A stretch of DNA of 49,988 nt from the NCBI GenBank assembly GCA_026387235.1, contig JAPLMD010000066.1, positions 1-49,988 of the forward strand, read 5' to 3'. Made by a program: the position numbers and the translations under genes. Of this stretch, positions 38,553 through 46,595 are shown one piece after another; position 1 is the first letter of the stretch, and each line of letters begins with the position of its first letter. The notes under the pieces were generated by a model, which was not told the origin of the DNA, did no database searches, and saw only the letters and a list, made by a program, of their open reading frames with translations. This DNA is from Candidatus Omnitrophota bacterium (GTDB lineage: Bacteria; Omnitrophota; Gorgyraeia; Gorgyraeales; Gorgyraeaceae).

Positions 38553-38728
38553 TTGTTTGTGTGGAATTTTAAAATTCCACACAAACAATTGGGGGAGTTT
38601 GGAGGGGGTGCAGGCACCCCCTCGAGGGGTAACAGCGAAGCAATGCGACAATAGGAGCATTGAGTAGCGCCATAGGGGCAAAGCCCCTTTGGACAAGTTA
38701 TAAGGAGCGAAGCGACGAAATAACTTGT
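38553..38728. repeat. Array of five hairpins directly upstream of tRNA-Gly
   Basis: Perfect 36-bp palindrome 38553-88; GAGGGGGTGC/GCACCCCCTC; CAATGC-GA..GA-GCATTG; AGGGGC-AAA-GCCCCT; ACAAGTTA..GA-GCGAAGC-GA..TAACTTGT. Confidence 0.8.
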
Positions 38729-38802
38729 GCGGGTGTAGTTCAATGGTAGAACACGAGCTTCCCAAGCTCGCAGCGTGGGTTCGATTCCCATCACCCGCTC
38801 CA
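38729..38802 (+). tRNA. tRNA-Gly (anticodon CCC), CCA encoded
   Basis: GCGGGTG/CACCCGC acceptor stem, anticodon arm CGAGC-TTCCCAA-GCTCG, GGTTCGATTCC T-arm, TCCA end. Confidence 0.97.
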
Positions 38803-38813
38803 GAGTATTAAAA

Positions 38814-39175
38814 GGGAATCGAAGGGAGTCCGCTAGATGCGACAGATAGGAGCATCTGTTTAGCGGACGAGTGGCCGACCCGCCGTAGGCGGGCGCCGAT
38901 TCCCATCACCCGCTCCGAATTTTGCGAAGCAAAGTTCGTCCTGAGAATACGACCGAATAGAGAGTATTCGAAGGGCACAAAAGTAGATATTTGATAGAAT
39001 AGCTGATTGATGAGGAGATACTTCGGTAGCTAAAATGCTCGCTTTGCTCGCATTTTTGACGCTACCTCAGTACCAAATTTCCTTTGGAAATTTGGTTCCC
39101 ATCACCCGCTCCGAATTTTGCGAAGTAAAATTCGTCCCGAGCAACCATGGTCTTTTGTGCATAGTTGCGAGGGAC
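38814..39175. repeat. Two extra tRNA-Gly 3'-end copies interleaved with palindromic elements
   Basis: TTCCCATCACCCGCTCC at 38900-916 and 39096-112; 42-bp direct repeat 38900-941/39096-137 (2 mismatches); family-A elements at 38917-976, 39018-094 and 39113-175. Confidence 0.85.
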
Positions 39176-39197
39176 ATAATTAATATATAAAGATTAT

Positions 39198-40820
39198 ATG
39201 CCAAACGATAGAGAAGAAATTTTAAATACGCTTATACGCAGGGTAAATTCCTTTGCTGATGGATACAGGCAGAACATAGCCATATTCGGAGAGCCATGCA
39301 TAGGCAAGACTACTTTGATAAAGAATCTTTTTTCGTCAGAATTATTGAAAAAAGACAGCGTTGTTCCCGCGTATCTGGAAATAAAAATAGAACCTTTTGA
39401 ATTCTGCGCCAAGAGGTTCATAAAATCCATATTGTCCCAAGTTGTAAAATCAGACCCTCTGCTTACATCCCCTCAAGACGCGGTTCTTCTAATAGAAGAC
39501 CTGGCGAGAGATTATCCTAAGACTGCCCAGATCTGCATAAGGGTCCTACAGGACATAGAAAAGTCTAAATTAGACGAGGCGTTTTCATTCATGCTGGATA
39601 TTCCTTCCGTGCTGTCCGAGGAAACAAAAAAACGCTGCATCCTCATACTTGACGAATTTCACAACTTGGATAATTTCATGCTCAAAAATCCGTTCGGCAC
39701 GATTGCAAAAAAGATAATGATACAGAAAGATACGATGTATATACTGGTAAGCTCCAGAATAAACCAGTCTCTGCGCGTGGTGAATGAAAAATTAGCGCTC
39801 CTATTTGGTAACTTTGAGAAATTTTTCTTAAAGCCGCTTGATATAGCCGCCAGCAGAGCTTTTCTGCAAAACAACATAAAAGGCTCTGTGCTGTCTCAGG
39901 TTTATCTGGATTTCGTAGCTTCATTTGCGGGCAATAGGCCTTTTTACATGCAGGCAATATGCGATGAGATAGAGAGAGCTGTGTTTTCCAAAAGAATAGC
40001 GCCGGAGAATTATCAGGATCTAATAGAACGCTCGTTCATGGAGGCGCTTTTCAAAAGAAACGGTATTTTGAACCAATATTTTTACAATCTTCTTTTTAAG
40101 ATATCAGAAGGCAAACTATTGTCAAAGTCTATATCGGTCCTGATCTCGCTTTCTTCCGAGAACAAGAAACAGGGCGATATCGCAAAGGATGCTAAATTAC
40201 AATCTGGGGATGTGTCAAAAATATTGAACAGCATGATTGAGCTGGATATTATCGCGCGAAACGGCGCTTTTTACAGATTTACTGACAGGCTATTCAGGTT
40301 CTGGCTTAAATCCGTATATATGAAAAGAATTTCTTCTTTCAGCTTGGACGAGAACATAGAAGAAGCGGCTTTTAGAAAGGACGTATCCAACAGGTTTAAC
40401 GTATTTGCTCAGGAGTTTGAGAAAGAACTTTCCCACAGGATTATAGAGCTTTTCAAGTTGTTCAAAAATGATATAATACAGTTGAACGGCAAAAAACATA
40501 AGTTCATATCTTTTACAAATGTAGAGGAATTCGAGGATTACAGCAGGAGTCATGCCGCTATCCTGGCGACAAATGGCAGGCAGAAATGGCTATGCACTAT
40601 TAAAAAAGAGAATATAACAGAAAATGACATGCTGGACATAATAAAAAATAGCCGGGATCAGAAGAAGAATGCCGGGATTAACAAGAATATCGTAATAGCC
40701 TTTTCAGGTGTCAACGAAAATGCATATCTTATGGCAAAGGAAGCGAAATTCTGGACATGGAGCGCGGAAGACCTAAACGTGCTGATGGAATTGTACGGCA
40801 AACCGCATGTATCGTATTGA
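39198..40820 (+). CDS. Archaeal-ATPase-like P-loop protein with wHTH and degenerate nuclease-like C-terminus
   Basis: GEPCIGKT, ILILDEFHNL, GNRPFY, FTDRLFRFWL. Confidence 0.75.
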   Translation: MPNDREEILNTLIRRVNSFADGYRQNIAIFGEPCIGKTTLIKNLFSSELLKKDSVVPAYLEIKIEPFEFCAKRFIKSILSQVVKSDPLLTSPQDAVLLIEDLARDYPKTAQICIRVLQDIEKSKLDEAFSFMLDIPSVLSEETKKRCILILDEFHNLDNFMLKNPFGTIAKKIMIQKDTMYILVSSRINQSLRVVNEKLALLFGNFEKFFLKPLDIAASRAFLQNNIKGSVLSQVYLDFVASFAGNRPFYMQAICDEIERAVFSKRIAPENYQDLIERSFMEALFKRNGILNQYFYNLLFKISEGKLLSKSISVLISLSSENKKQGDIAKDAKLQSGDVSKILNSMIELDIIARNGAFYRFTDRLFRFWLKSVYMKRISSFSLDENIEEAAFRKDVSNRFNVFAQEFEKELSHRIIELFKLFKNDIIQLNGKKHKFISFTNVEEFEDYSRSHAAILATNGRQKWLCTIKKENITENDMLDIIKNSRDQKKNAGINKNIVIAFSGVNENAYLMAKEAKFWTWSAEDLNVLMELYGKPHVSY

Positions 40821-40827
40821 TAAAACT

Positions 40828-41319
40828 ATGAAAATCGGGATTGTGTCAGACACGCATTTATCTTGCGGTGATTGCGAGCTGCCGGCGAAGCTGACCAGAG
40901 AGCTTGAAAAATGCGACCTTATAATTCACGCGGGAGACCTGGTGGATATCTGCGTGCTGGACTCTCTTAGCAAGATATCAAAGGTGCATGCCGTGTGCGG
41001 CAACATGGACTGCGACAATGTGAGAACAAAGCTGGAAATCAAAGAAATTCTTAACGTAGTAGATAAAAAGATATGTGTCATGCATGGATACGGCCATCCG
41101 GACAAATTGATCGATATTTTAAAAAATGAATTTTTTTCAGAAAAACCGGATATAATAATATTCGGGCATTCTCATGTGCCGAAAAATGAGTATATAGACG
41201 GGGTCCTTTTTTTTAATCCCGGGAGTGCCACTGATACAGTATTTGCGCCATACAGGTCCTACGGCACAATAGAAATAAGTAAAGACGGGGGCATAAAAGC
41301 AGATATACATAAACTATAG
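40828..41319 (+). CDS. YfcE/MJ0936 family metallophosphoesterase
   Basis: SDTH, HAGD, GNMD, HG, GHSH, NPGS. Confidence 0.93.
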   Translation: MKIGIVSDTHLSCGDCELPAKLTRELEKCDLIIHAGDLVDICVLDSLSKISKVHAVCGNMDCDNVRTKLEIKEILNVVDKKICVMHGYGHPDKLIDILKNEFFSEKPDIIIFGHSHVPKNEYIDGVLFFNPGSATDTVFAPYRSYGTIEISKDGGIKADIHKL

Positions 41320-41322
41320 ATT

Positions 41323-41790
41323 ATGGATAAATTATGGGCTCCATGGCGGAGCGTATTTATAAAAATCAGAAAGATAAAAGGCTGCATATTCTGCGTTAAA
41401 GGCAAAAAGGATAAAGATCTTTTTATCATCAAGAGATCCAAGTATTCTTTTGCAATGCTGAACATATACCCGTACAATAACGGCCATATAATGGTAGCGC
41501 CTTTCAGGCACATAAAAGATTTAAAAGGATTGAATGATGAGGAGCTTCTGGATATAATAAAGCTTACAAGAGACATGCAGGCATTGCTTGAAAAAAAGCT
41601 GAAGCCGCACGGCTTTAATATAGGTATAAATACAGGCAAGGCAGCGGGGGCGGGATATAAAAATCATCTGCACGTGCATATAGTGCCGAGGTGGAAAGGC
41701 GACTCTAATTTTATGCCGGTTATCGCGGATACAAAAGTGATGCCGCAGTCGCTAAAAGAGTTATATAAGTTTTTTCTAAAGATAATATGA
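41323..41790 (+). CDS. HIT family hydrolase
   Basis: LWAPWR, CIFC, NIYPYNNGH, HLHVHIVPRW. Confidence 0.93.
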   Translation: MDKLWAPWRSVFIKIRKIKGCIFCVKGKKDKDLFIIKRSKYSFAMLNIYPYNNGHIMVAPFRHIKDLKGLNDEELLDIIKLTRDMQALLEKKLKPHGFNIGINTGKAAGAGYKNHLHVHIVPRWKGDSNFMPVIADTKVMPQSLKELYKFFLKII

Positions 41791-42941
41791 TTACGCGCAA
41801 AGATATAGAAAAAAGAGAATCTGATTTGCTGGCTCCTTATGCGATGCTTTCTAAGGATACGAAAGGCAGAAAATACCATGAAGAAGAGCCTAAGTACAGG
41901 TCTGTGTATCAGAGAGACAGGGACAGAATCATACACTCTACCGCTTTTAGAAGGTTGGAATATAAAACCCAGGTCTTTGTAAATCACGAGGGCGATTATT
42001 ACAGGACAAGGCTTACTCATACGATGGAGGTGAGTCAGATTGCCAGGTCTATTGCAAGAACGATGTCTTTAAACGAAGACCTGGTAGAGGTAATAGCGCT
42101 TTCTCATGACATAGGGCATCCTCCTTTCGGACACGCAGGAGAAGAAAGCCTGGGAATGCTCATGAAAGACAACGGCGGATTTGATCATAATCTGCAAGGC
42201 CTGAGGGTTGTGGAAGAGTTAGAACAGAGATACTTTAATTTTTCAGGGTTGAATCTCACGTGGGAAGTCAGAGAAGGCATCAATAAGCACACCACTATGT
42301 TTGACAGGGCGAAACAGCTAAAAGAGTTTAATCCAAATTCTTCCCCTACGATGGAAACGCAGGTGGTGGACGCTGCGGATGAAATCGCTTACGATAACCA
42401 CGATATAGACGACGGATTAACATCAGGCCTCATAGAAGAAAAAAACCTTCTTGAGCTTAAATTATGGAGAGATGCTGCCAGGTTTGTAAAAACGAAAGGG
42501 GCTGATTTACCCGATAAAATAAAAAAATATCAGATAATACGAAGATTGATAGATACTCAGATAGAAGACCTTCTGACCGCTTCAGAGAAAAACATAAAGT
42601 CTGGCAACATAAAAAATGTAGCCGATGTCAGAAAGCATAAAAAAAGGCTTGTTGCGTTTTCTGATGATATGCAGAAAAAAAGAAAAGAGCTGAGGACGTT
42701 TTTAATGGATAACTTGTATAAGAATTTCAGGGTAATGCGCATGTCTGATAAGGCCAGGAGATTTATAACAGGATTATTCAAGGTGTATCTTGAAAAACCG
42801 GAGCAGTTGCCGCCCTCTGACCAGAAAAAGATAAATAAAATAGGCCGCTACAGGGTGGTTTGCGATTACATAGCCGGCATGACAGACAGGTATGCCCTTG
42901 ACGAATATAAAAAATTATTCGACCCATATGAGCGAGTCTGA
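41787..42941 (+). CDS. dgt: Deoxyguanosinetriphosphate triphosphohydrolase-like protein
   Basis: RDRDRIIHS.AFRRL..KTQV, RTRLTH, HDIGHPPFGHAGE, DYIAGMTD. Confidence 0.93.
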   Translation: MITRKDIEKRESDLLAPYAMLSKDTKGRKYHEEEPKYRSVYQRDRDRIIHSTAFRRLEYKTQVFVNHEGDYYRTRLTHTMEVSQIARSIARTMSLNEDLVEVIALSHDIGHPPFGHAGEESLGMLMKDNGGFDHNLQGLRVVEELEQRYFNFSGLNLTWEVREGINKHTTMFDRAKQLKEFNPNSSPTMETQVVDAADEIAYDNHDIDDGLTSGLIEEKNLLELKLWRDAARFVKTKGADLPDKIKKYQIIRRLIDTQIEDLLTASEKNIKSGNIKNVADVRKHKKRLVAFSDDMQKKRKELRTFLMDNLYKNFRVMRMSDKARRFITGLFKVYLEKPEQLPPSDQKKINKIGRYRVVCDYIAGMTDRYALDEYKKLFDPYERV

Positions 42942-44400
42942 GATAAAAGAAAAGCAGGGGTTTTTTATAAGATTTTCTAAGAGCAACTCTATCAGTGTTT
43001 TTAGAAATCTTTGCTCAAAGATACTTAAAAAAAGCCGCTGCGCGTTTCTTGACGCAGAATACAAGCCCCTTAAACGCGGCAGTGAATGTAACCACCTGAG
43101 TACAGGAAAATACCTAGCCAGGATAAAATCCAGCCCTTCAAGAGAATATATGATATTTAAATGCAGCTGTAACAAGATCTGTCTTTCTTTCCCTGTGATG
43201 CAGGGTTCCAGCGTTTACGGCCACGTATTGTTTGCGCATTTAAACAAAGAGCCCGATAAAAGAGTGATAGATGCTGTAAGGATATGCATGGATCTGGCTC
43301 TAAAAGAATTTCAGAAAGAACAGGAGCTGAACAAGCTATATGAAACAATCAGGCCCAGGGCAATAGCCCTTTCCACTATACATACTATTCACAGGCTGTT
43401 AAGTTCGACGCTCGACATGGATGAACTAATAGAGCGTATTGCAAGATTGACGCTGCAGGTTATGAGGTCAAGGCATTGCTCTATAATGCTCCTGGACGAA
43501 TCAAAAAGACACCTTATCCCGAAGGCTGTAATAGACATGGATAAAGAAATACCAAAAACAGACCCGCAGTATAAAAAAATAAAGCTTGGCGTCAGACAGG
43601 AAGGGGGAGTCGCTAAAAACGGAGAGACCATTTTTTTGCGTAATTCAGTCTGCGTGCCTCTTGTGGAAGAGGACATAATCGGTGTGATAAGCGCGCGGGA
43701 TAAAATAAATGGCGCGCCTTTTGATAGATTTGAACTTGAAATCCTGATTACGCTTGCGGAACAGGCTGTTATCGCCATAAAGAACGCGCAGATGTATGAA
43801 GAGCAGGAAAGGATGGCTTACGGGAGCATAAAAACCCTGGCAGCGCTTCTTGACGCAAAATCTCCCAATACTTTTACTCATTCTGACCAGTTCGTAAAAA
43901 TGGTTCTCGCGATAGCGGAAGAAATGAAACTGCCCAGAGAAGACATAGCAAATCTGCACTATGCGGCATTATTGCCGGATACAGGTAAATTCAGCATACC
44001 TGATGAGATATTAAGAAAACCAGGAAGCCTTTCCAATAGGGAATATGACATTATAAAAAAACAGCATTTGGAGAGCCTTAAAATAATAGAGCATCTGGAA
44101 TTTTTAAAGCCCGCGATGCCTATAATAAGGCATCATCATGAGAGATATGACGGCACTGGTTATCCTGACGGACTGAAAGGCGATAAGATTCCTGCGGGAG
44201 CTAGGGTAATGTCTGTAGCAAATGCCTTTGAGGCAATGGTATCTGCCAGCCCATATAAAGGGAAAAAGATAAGCATACCCCAGGCGATAAAAGAAATAGA
44301 GAACAATAAAGGCAGACAGTTCGATCCAGAGGTAGTGTACGCCTTTATAGGAGTCACTAAGAAGCCGGAGTTTAAAAACATTCTGGGGGCTTCTGCATGA
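42928..44400 (+). CDS. Sensor (PocR-like)-GAF-HD-GYP protein with degenerate active site
   Basis: GAF segment (LAEQAVIAIKNAQMY); HHERYDGTGYPDGL intact, but HD reads PD and AD.FD reads AN.FE. Confidence 0.85.
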   Translation: MSESEIKEKQGFFIRFSKSNSISVFRNLCSKILKKSRCAFLDAEYKPLKRGSECNHLSTGKYLARIKSSPSREYMIFKCSCNKICLSFPVMQGSSVYGHVLFAHLNKEPDKRVIDAVRICMDLALKEFQKEQELNKLYETIRPRAIALSTIHTIHRLLSSTLDMDELIERIARLTLQVMRSRHCSIMLLDESKRHLIPKAVIDMDKEIPKTDPQYKKIKLGVRQEGGVAKNGETIFLRNSVCVPLVEEDIIGVISARDKINGAPFDRFELEILITLAEQAVIAIKNAQMYEEQERMAYGSIKTLAALLDAKSPNTFTHSDQFVKMVLAIAEEMKLPREDIANLHYAALLPDTGKFSIPDEILRKPGSLSNREYDIIKKQHLESLKIIEHLEFLKPAMPIIRHHHERYDGTGYPDGLKGDKIPAGARVMSVANAFEAMVSASPYKGKKISIPQAIKEIENNKGRQFDPEVVYAFIGVTKKPEFKNILGASA

Positions 44401-44669
44401 AGAACATAAAAAGTTTATTTAAAAACGAGGCGGCCAGAAAAATATTACTTTTCTTTAATGAAAATCCTAATTGCATCGATACTGTCAAAGGCATATCTCT
44501 GTGGATAAACGGAGATATAAACGCTATACAAAAGGCATTAAATCAGCTCGTGAAAGAGGGTGTGATTACCAGCCATCAGACAGCCTCTACTACTGCTTAC
44601 GCATATACGAACAATAAAGAGATTGTGAAAAAGATAGAAAAATATATAAAAATTTTTAAAGGTTTGTGA
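44397..44669 (+). CDS. Small hypothetical protein, winged-HTH-like
   Basis: 90-aa ORF translationally coupled (ATGA) to the HD-GYP gene; KALNQLVKEGVI pattern. Confidence 0.7.
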   Translation: MKNIKSLFKNEAARKILLFFNENPNCIDTVKGISLWINGDINAIQKALNQLVKEGVITSHQTASTTAYAYTNNKEIVKKIEKYIKIFKGL

Positions 44670-44686
44670 TATAATCGGTGAACCGT

Positions 44687-45028
44687 ATGAACATAAGAAC
44701 GCAAGAAAAAACGCAGAATGATCTTTTTGAGCAGGCCCAGGCAGCAGATAAAAAAATAAGAAGGAAAACCAGGTTTCTACTCCCGGATGTAAAGAACAGT
44801 ATGACTATTTCTTACGAGACCGCGATCTTTTACATGATAGGTTTTGTAATGGCATGCATAATAATATTTTCTCTGGGAGTTGAAAAGGGGAGGCATGACG
44901 AAAAAGAAAGGCGCATGGTAATTCCGCAACAAGCAGGCCGCGATGTCCAGCCTTTGCCTAAACAGGAACTAAAAAAAGGAGTGTCAAATGTCAATACACC
45001 CAAGCCTAAAAACGTCAAAGGCAGGTAA
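44687..45028 (+). CDS. Hypothetical single-pass membrane protein
   Basis: One TM segment (AIFYMIGFVMACIIIFSLGVEKG); start uncertain (44678 or 44687). Confidence 0.65.
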   Translation: MNIRTQEKTQNDLFEQAQAADKKIRRKTRFLLPDVKNSMTISYETAIFYMIGFVMACIIIFSLGVEKGRHDEKERRMVIPQQAGRDVQPLPKQELKKGVSNVNTPKPKNVKGR

Positions 45029-45275
45029 GAAGCACAGAACTGTTTTGAAGAGGTTTGAGAGACTAACTGCCTTAAAAGAAAAAGGCATCTTAAACGATAC
45101 GGATTCTGTTTTTGGCATGCCCAAGCTAAAGATAATAAAGATCAAGGTCAAAAAAGAAAAGGCCGAAGAGAAGCCAAAAGAAGGCGAAGGGTTAGTAGCT
45201 GCTCCGGCCGCTCCGGAAGCCGCAAAGAAAGAAACAGCTCCCAAGAAAGCTGGAAAAGAAGAAAAAAAGAAATAA
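44988..45275 (+). CDS. PVC-superphylum small basic protein (TIGR04137-like)
   Basis: MSIHPSLK..HRTVLKRFERL..SVFGMPKLK with Lys/Ala/Glu tail; SD AAGGAG. Confidence 0.88.
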   Translation: MSIHPSLKTSKAGKKHRTVLKRFERLTALKEKGILNDTDSVFGMPKLKIIKIKVKKEKAEEKPKEGEGLVAAPAAPEAAKKETAPKKAGKEEKKK

Positions 45276-45335
45276 GCCCTTGCCTGCCACAGAAACAATG
45301 GCTGCTCGGGATTAAATTTTGTTTCACAAAATTTG
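45276..45335 (-). repeat. Family-A palindromic element (degenerate)
   Basis: GCCCTTG-[CCTGCCA..TGGCTG]-CTCGGGAT-TAAATTTTGT-TTC-ACAAAATTTG. Confidence 0.8.
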
Positions 45336-45344
45336 GGAGATTCT

Positions 45345-45980
45345 ATGAGATATATTAAGAGTTGCGCAGTTATTTTTATTCTTTCGCTGTTCTCTTTAAC
45401 AGTTTATTCGGAAGAGGAGGCTAAGGAAAAATTTCCAAAGGTAGGCTATGTAAAAAATGAAGAAGCAATAGTCAGAGCGGGAGATAATGTAAATTTTGAA
45501 AACCTATGCTCGTTATCAAAATCTGACTCTGTGAAGATCATAGATAGGCGCTATAGCTGGTTTAAGATTTTATTGCCCAAAAAGGCGTTTTTGTATGTTA
45601 ATAAAGATTACGTCGATCTGACATCTGACGAAAAAGGCGTGGGCATAATAAATGCCTCCAACGTAAACTTAAGGGCAGGCGCAGGCACAAGATATTCCAT
45701 AATCGGACAGATATCAAAACCTGAAAAAGTTTCTATAATATCGGAAGATAGCGGATGGTATAAAATAGAACCGCCTTACGGCGCAACAGGCTGGATATAT
45801 TCTAACCAAATAATGCTGGCAGAAGAAAACGAGATAAAGATTCCAGAGCAAAAATCTGAGCAAAAAAAAGTAGAGGCAAAACCGAAAGAGACAACAGGTT
45901 CTACCGTAAGGCTTAACGCAAATTATCCCGCGCCTAAAGGCAATCTGTCCATAATTACTCCGGCAAAAAATAGCAGATGA
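45345..45980 (+). CDS. Secreted protein with two bacterial SH3 domains
   Basis: Signal peptide; VRAG..WFKI and VNLRAGAGTRYSIIGQ..GWYKI..GWI. Confidence 0.88.
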   Translation: MRYIKSCAVIFILSLFSLTVYSEEEAKEKFPKVGYVKNEEAIVRAGDNVNFENLCSLSKSDSVKIIDRRYSWFKILLPKKAFLYVNKDYVDLTSDEKGVGIINASNVNLRAGAGTRYSIIGQISKPEKVSIISEDSGWYKIEPPYGATGWIYSNQIMLAEENEIKIPEQKSEQKKVEAKPKETTGSTVRLNANYPAPKGNLSIITPAKNSR

Positions 45981-46588
45981 GTTTATTATTAAGTCTTTGC
46001 ATATTTTTCTTTGCGGTCATCATACATGAATACGCTCATGGATGGGTCGCGTGGAAGCTAGGGGATTCAACTGCGAGATTTATGGGAAGGCTTACGCTCA
46101 ACCCTCTTGCCCACATCGATCCCATAGGTACAATCTTTCTGCCGTTTATTCTTATCGCAACTCATTCTCCAGTACTTTTCGGATGGGCAAAACCCGTACC
46201 TGTAGATTTTTTAAATTTAAACAATCCAAAAAGGGATATGGTATGGGTAGGTCTTGCGGGCCCTGCGGCAAATATACTATTTGCGATAGCACTGGCCATG
46301 TTATTAAAGATCCCTTTATTAACAGCCAGTTACTTTGCCGTATCCGTGATAACGACCGCTATTATGGCAAATCTGGTTCTGGCCGTGTTTAATTTATTGC
46401 CTATTCCTCCTCTGGATGGGTCAAGAGTCATGATGGGCCTTTTGCCTTATAATATAGGTGCTGAATACGCAAAGATAGAGCCGTATGGTTTTATAATAAT
46501 ATTCGCGCTGCTTTGGATAGGTTTTGTAAATACTATAATTTGGCCTATAGTTATTTTTCTGGCACATGTATTGGGCGTACATGTATAG
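45977..46588 (+). CDS. Site-2 protease (M50) family protein
   Basis: HEYAH, AGPAAN, FNLLPIPPLDG. Confidence 0.94.
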   Translation: MSLLLSLCIFFFAVIIHEYAHGWVAWKLGDSTARFMGRLTLNPLAHIDPIGTIFLPFILIATHSPVLFGWAKPVPVDFLNLNNPKRDMVWVGLAGPAANILFAIALAMLLKIPLLTASYFAVSVITTAIMANLVLAVFNLLPIPPLDGSRVMMGLLPYNIGAEYAKIEPYGFIIIFALLWIGFVNTIIWPIVIFLAHVLGVHV

Positions 46589-46595
46589 TATCACC

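Noticed and set aside
38307-38794. Minus-strand ORFs of 152 and 85 aa
   Set aside because: They are antisense to pfkB, the hairpin array and tRNA-Gly; typical shadow ORFs.
38780-39175. Possible CRISPR array (repeats with spacers)
   Set aside because: The repeat is the tRNA 3' end, spacings are irregular (about 115 and 196 bp), the intervening sequence is itself palindromic, and there are no cas genes.
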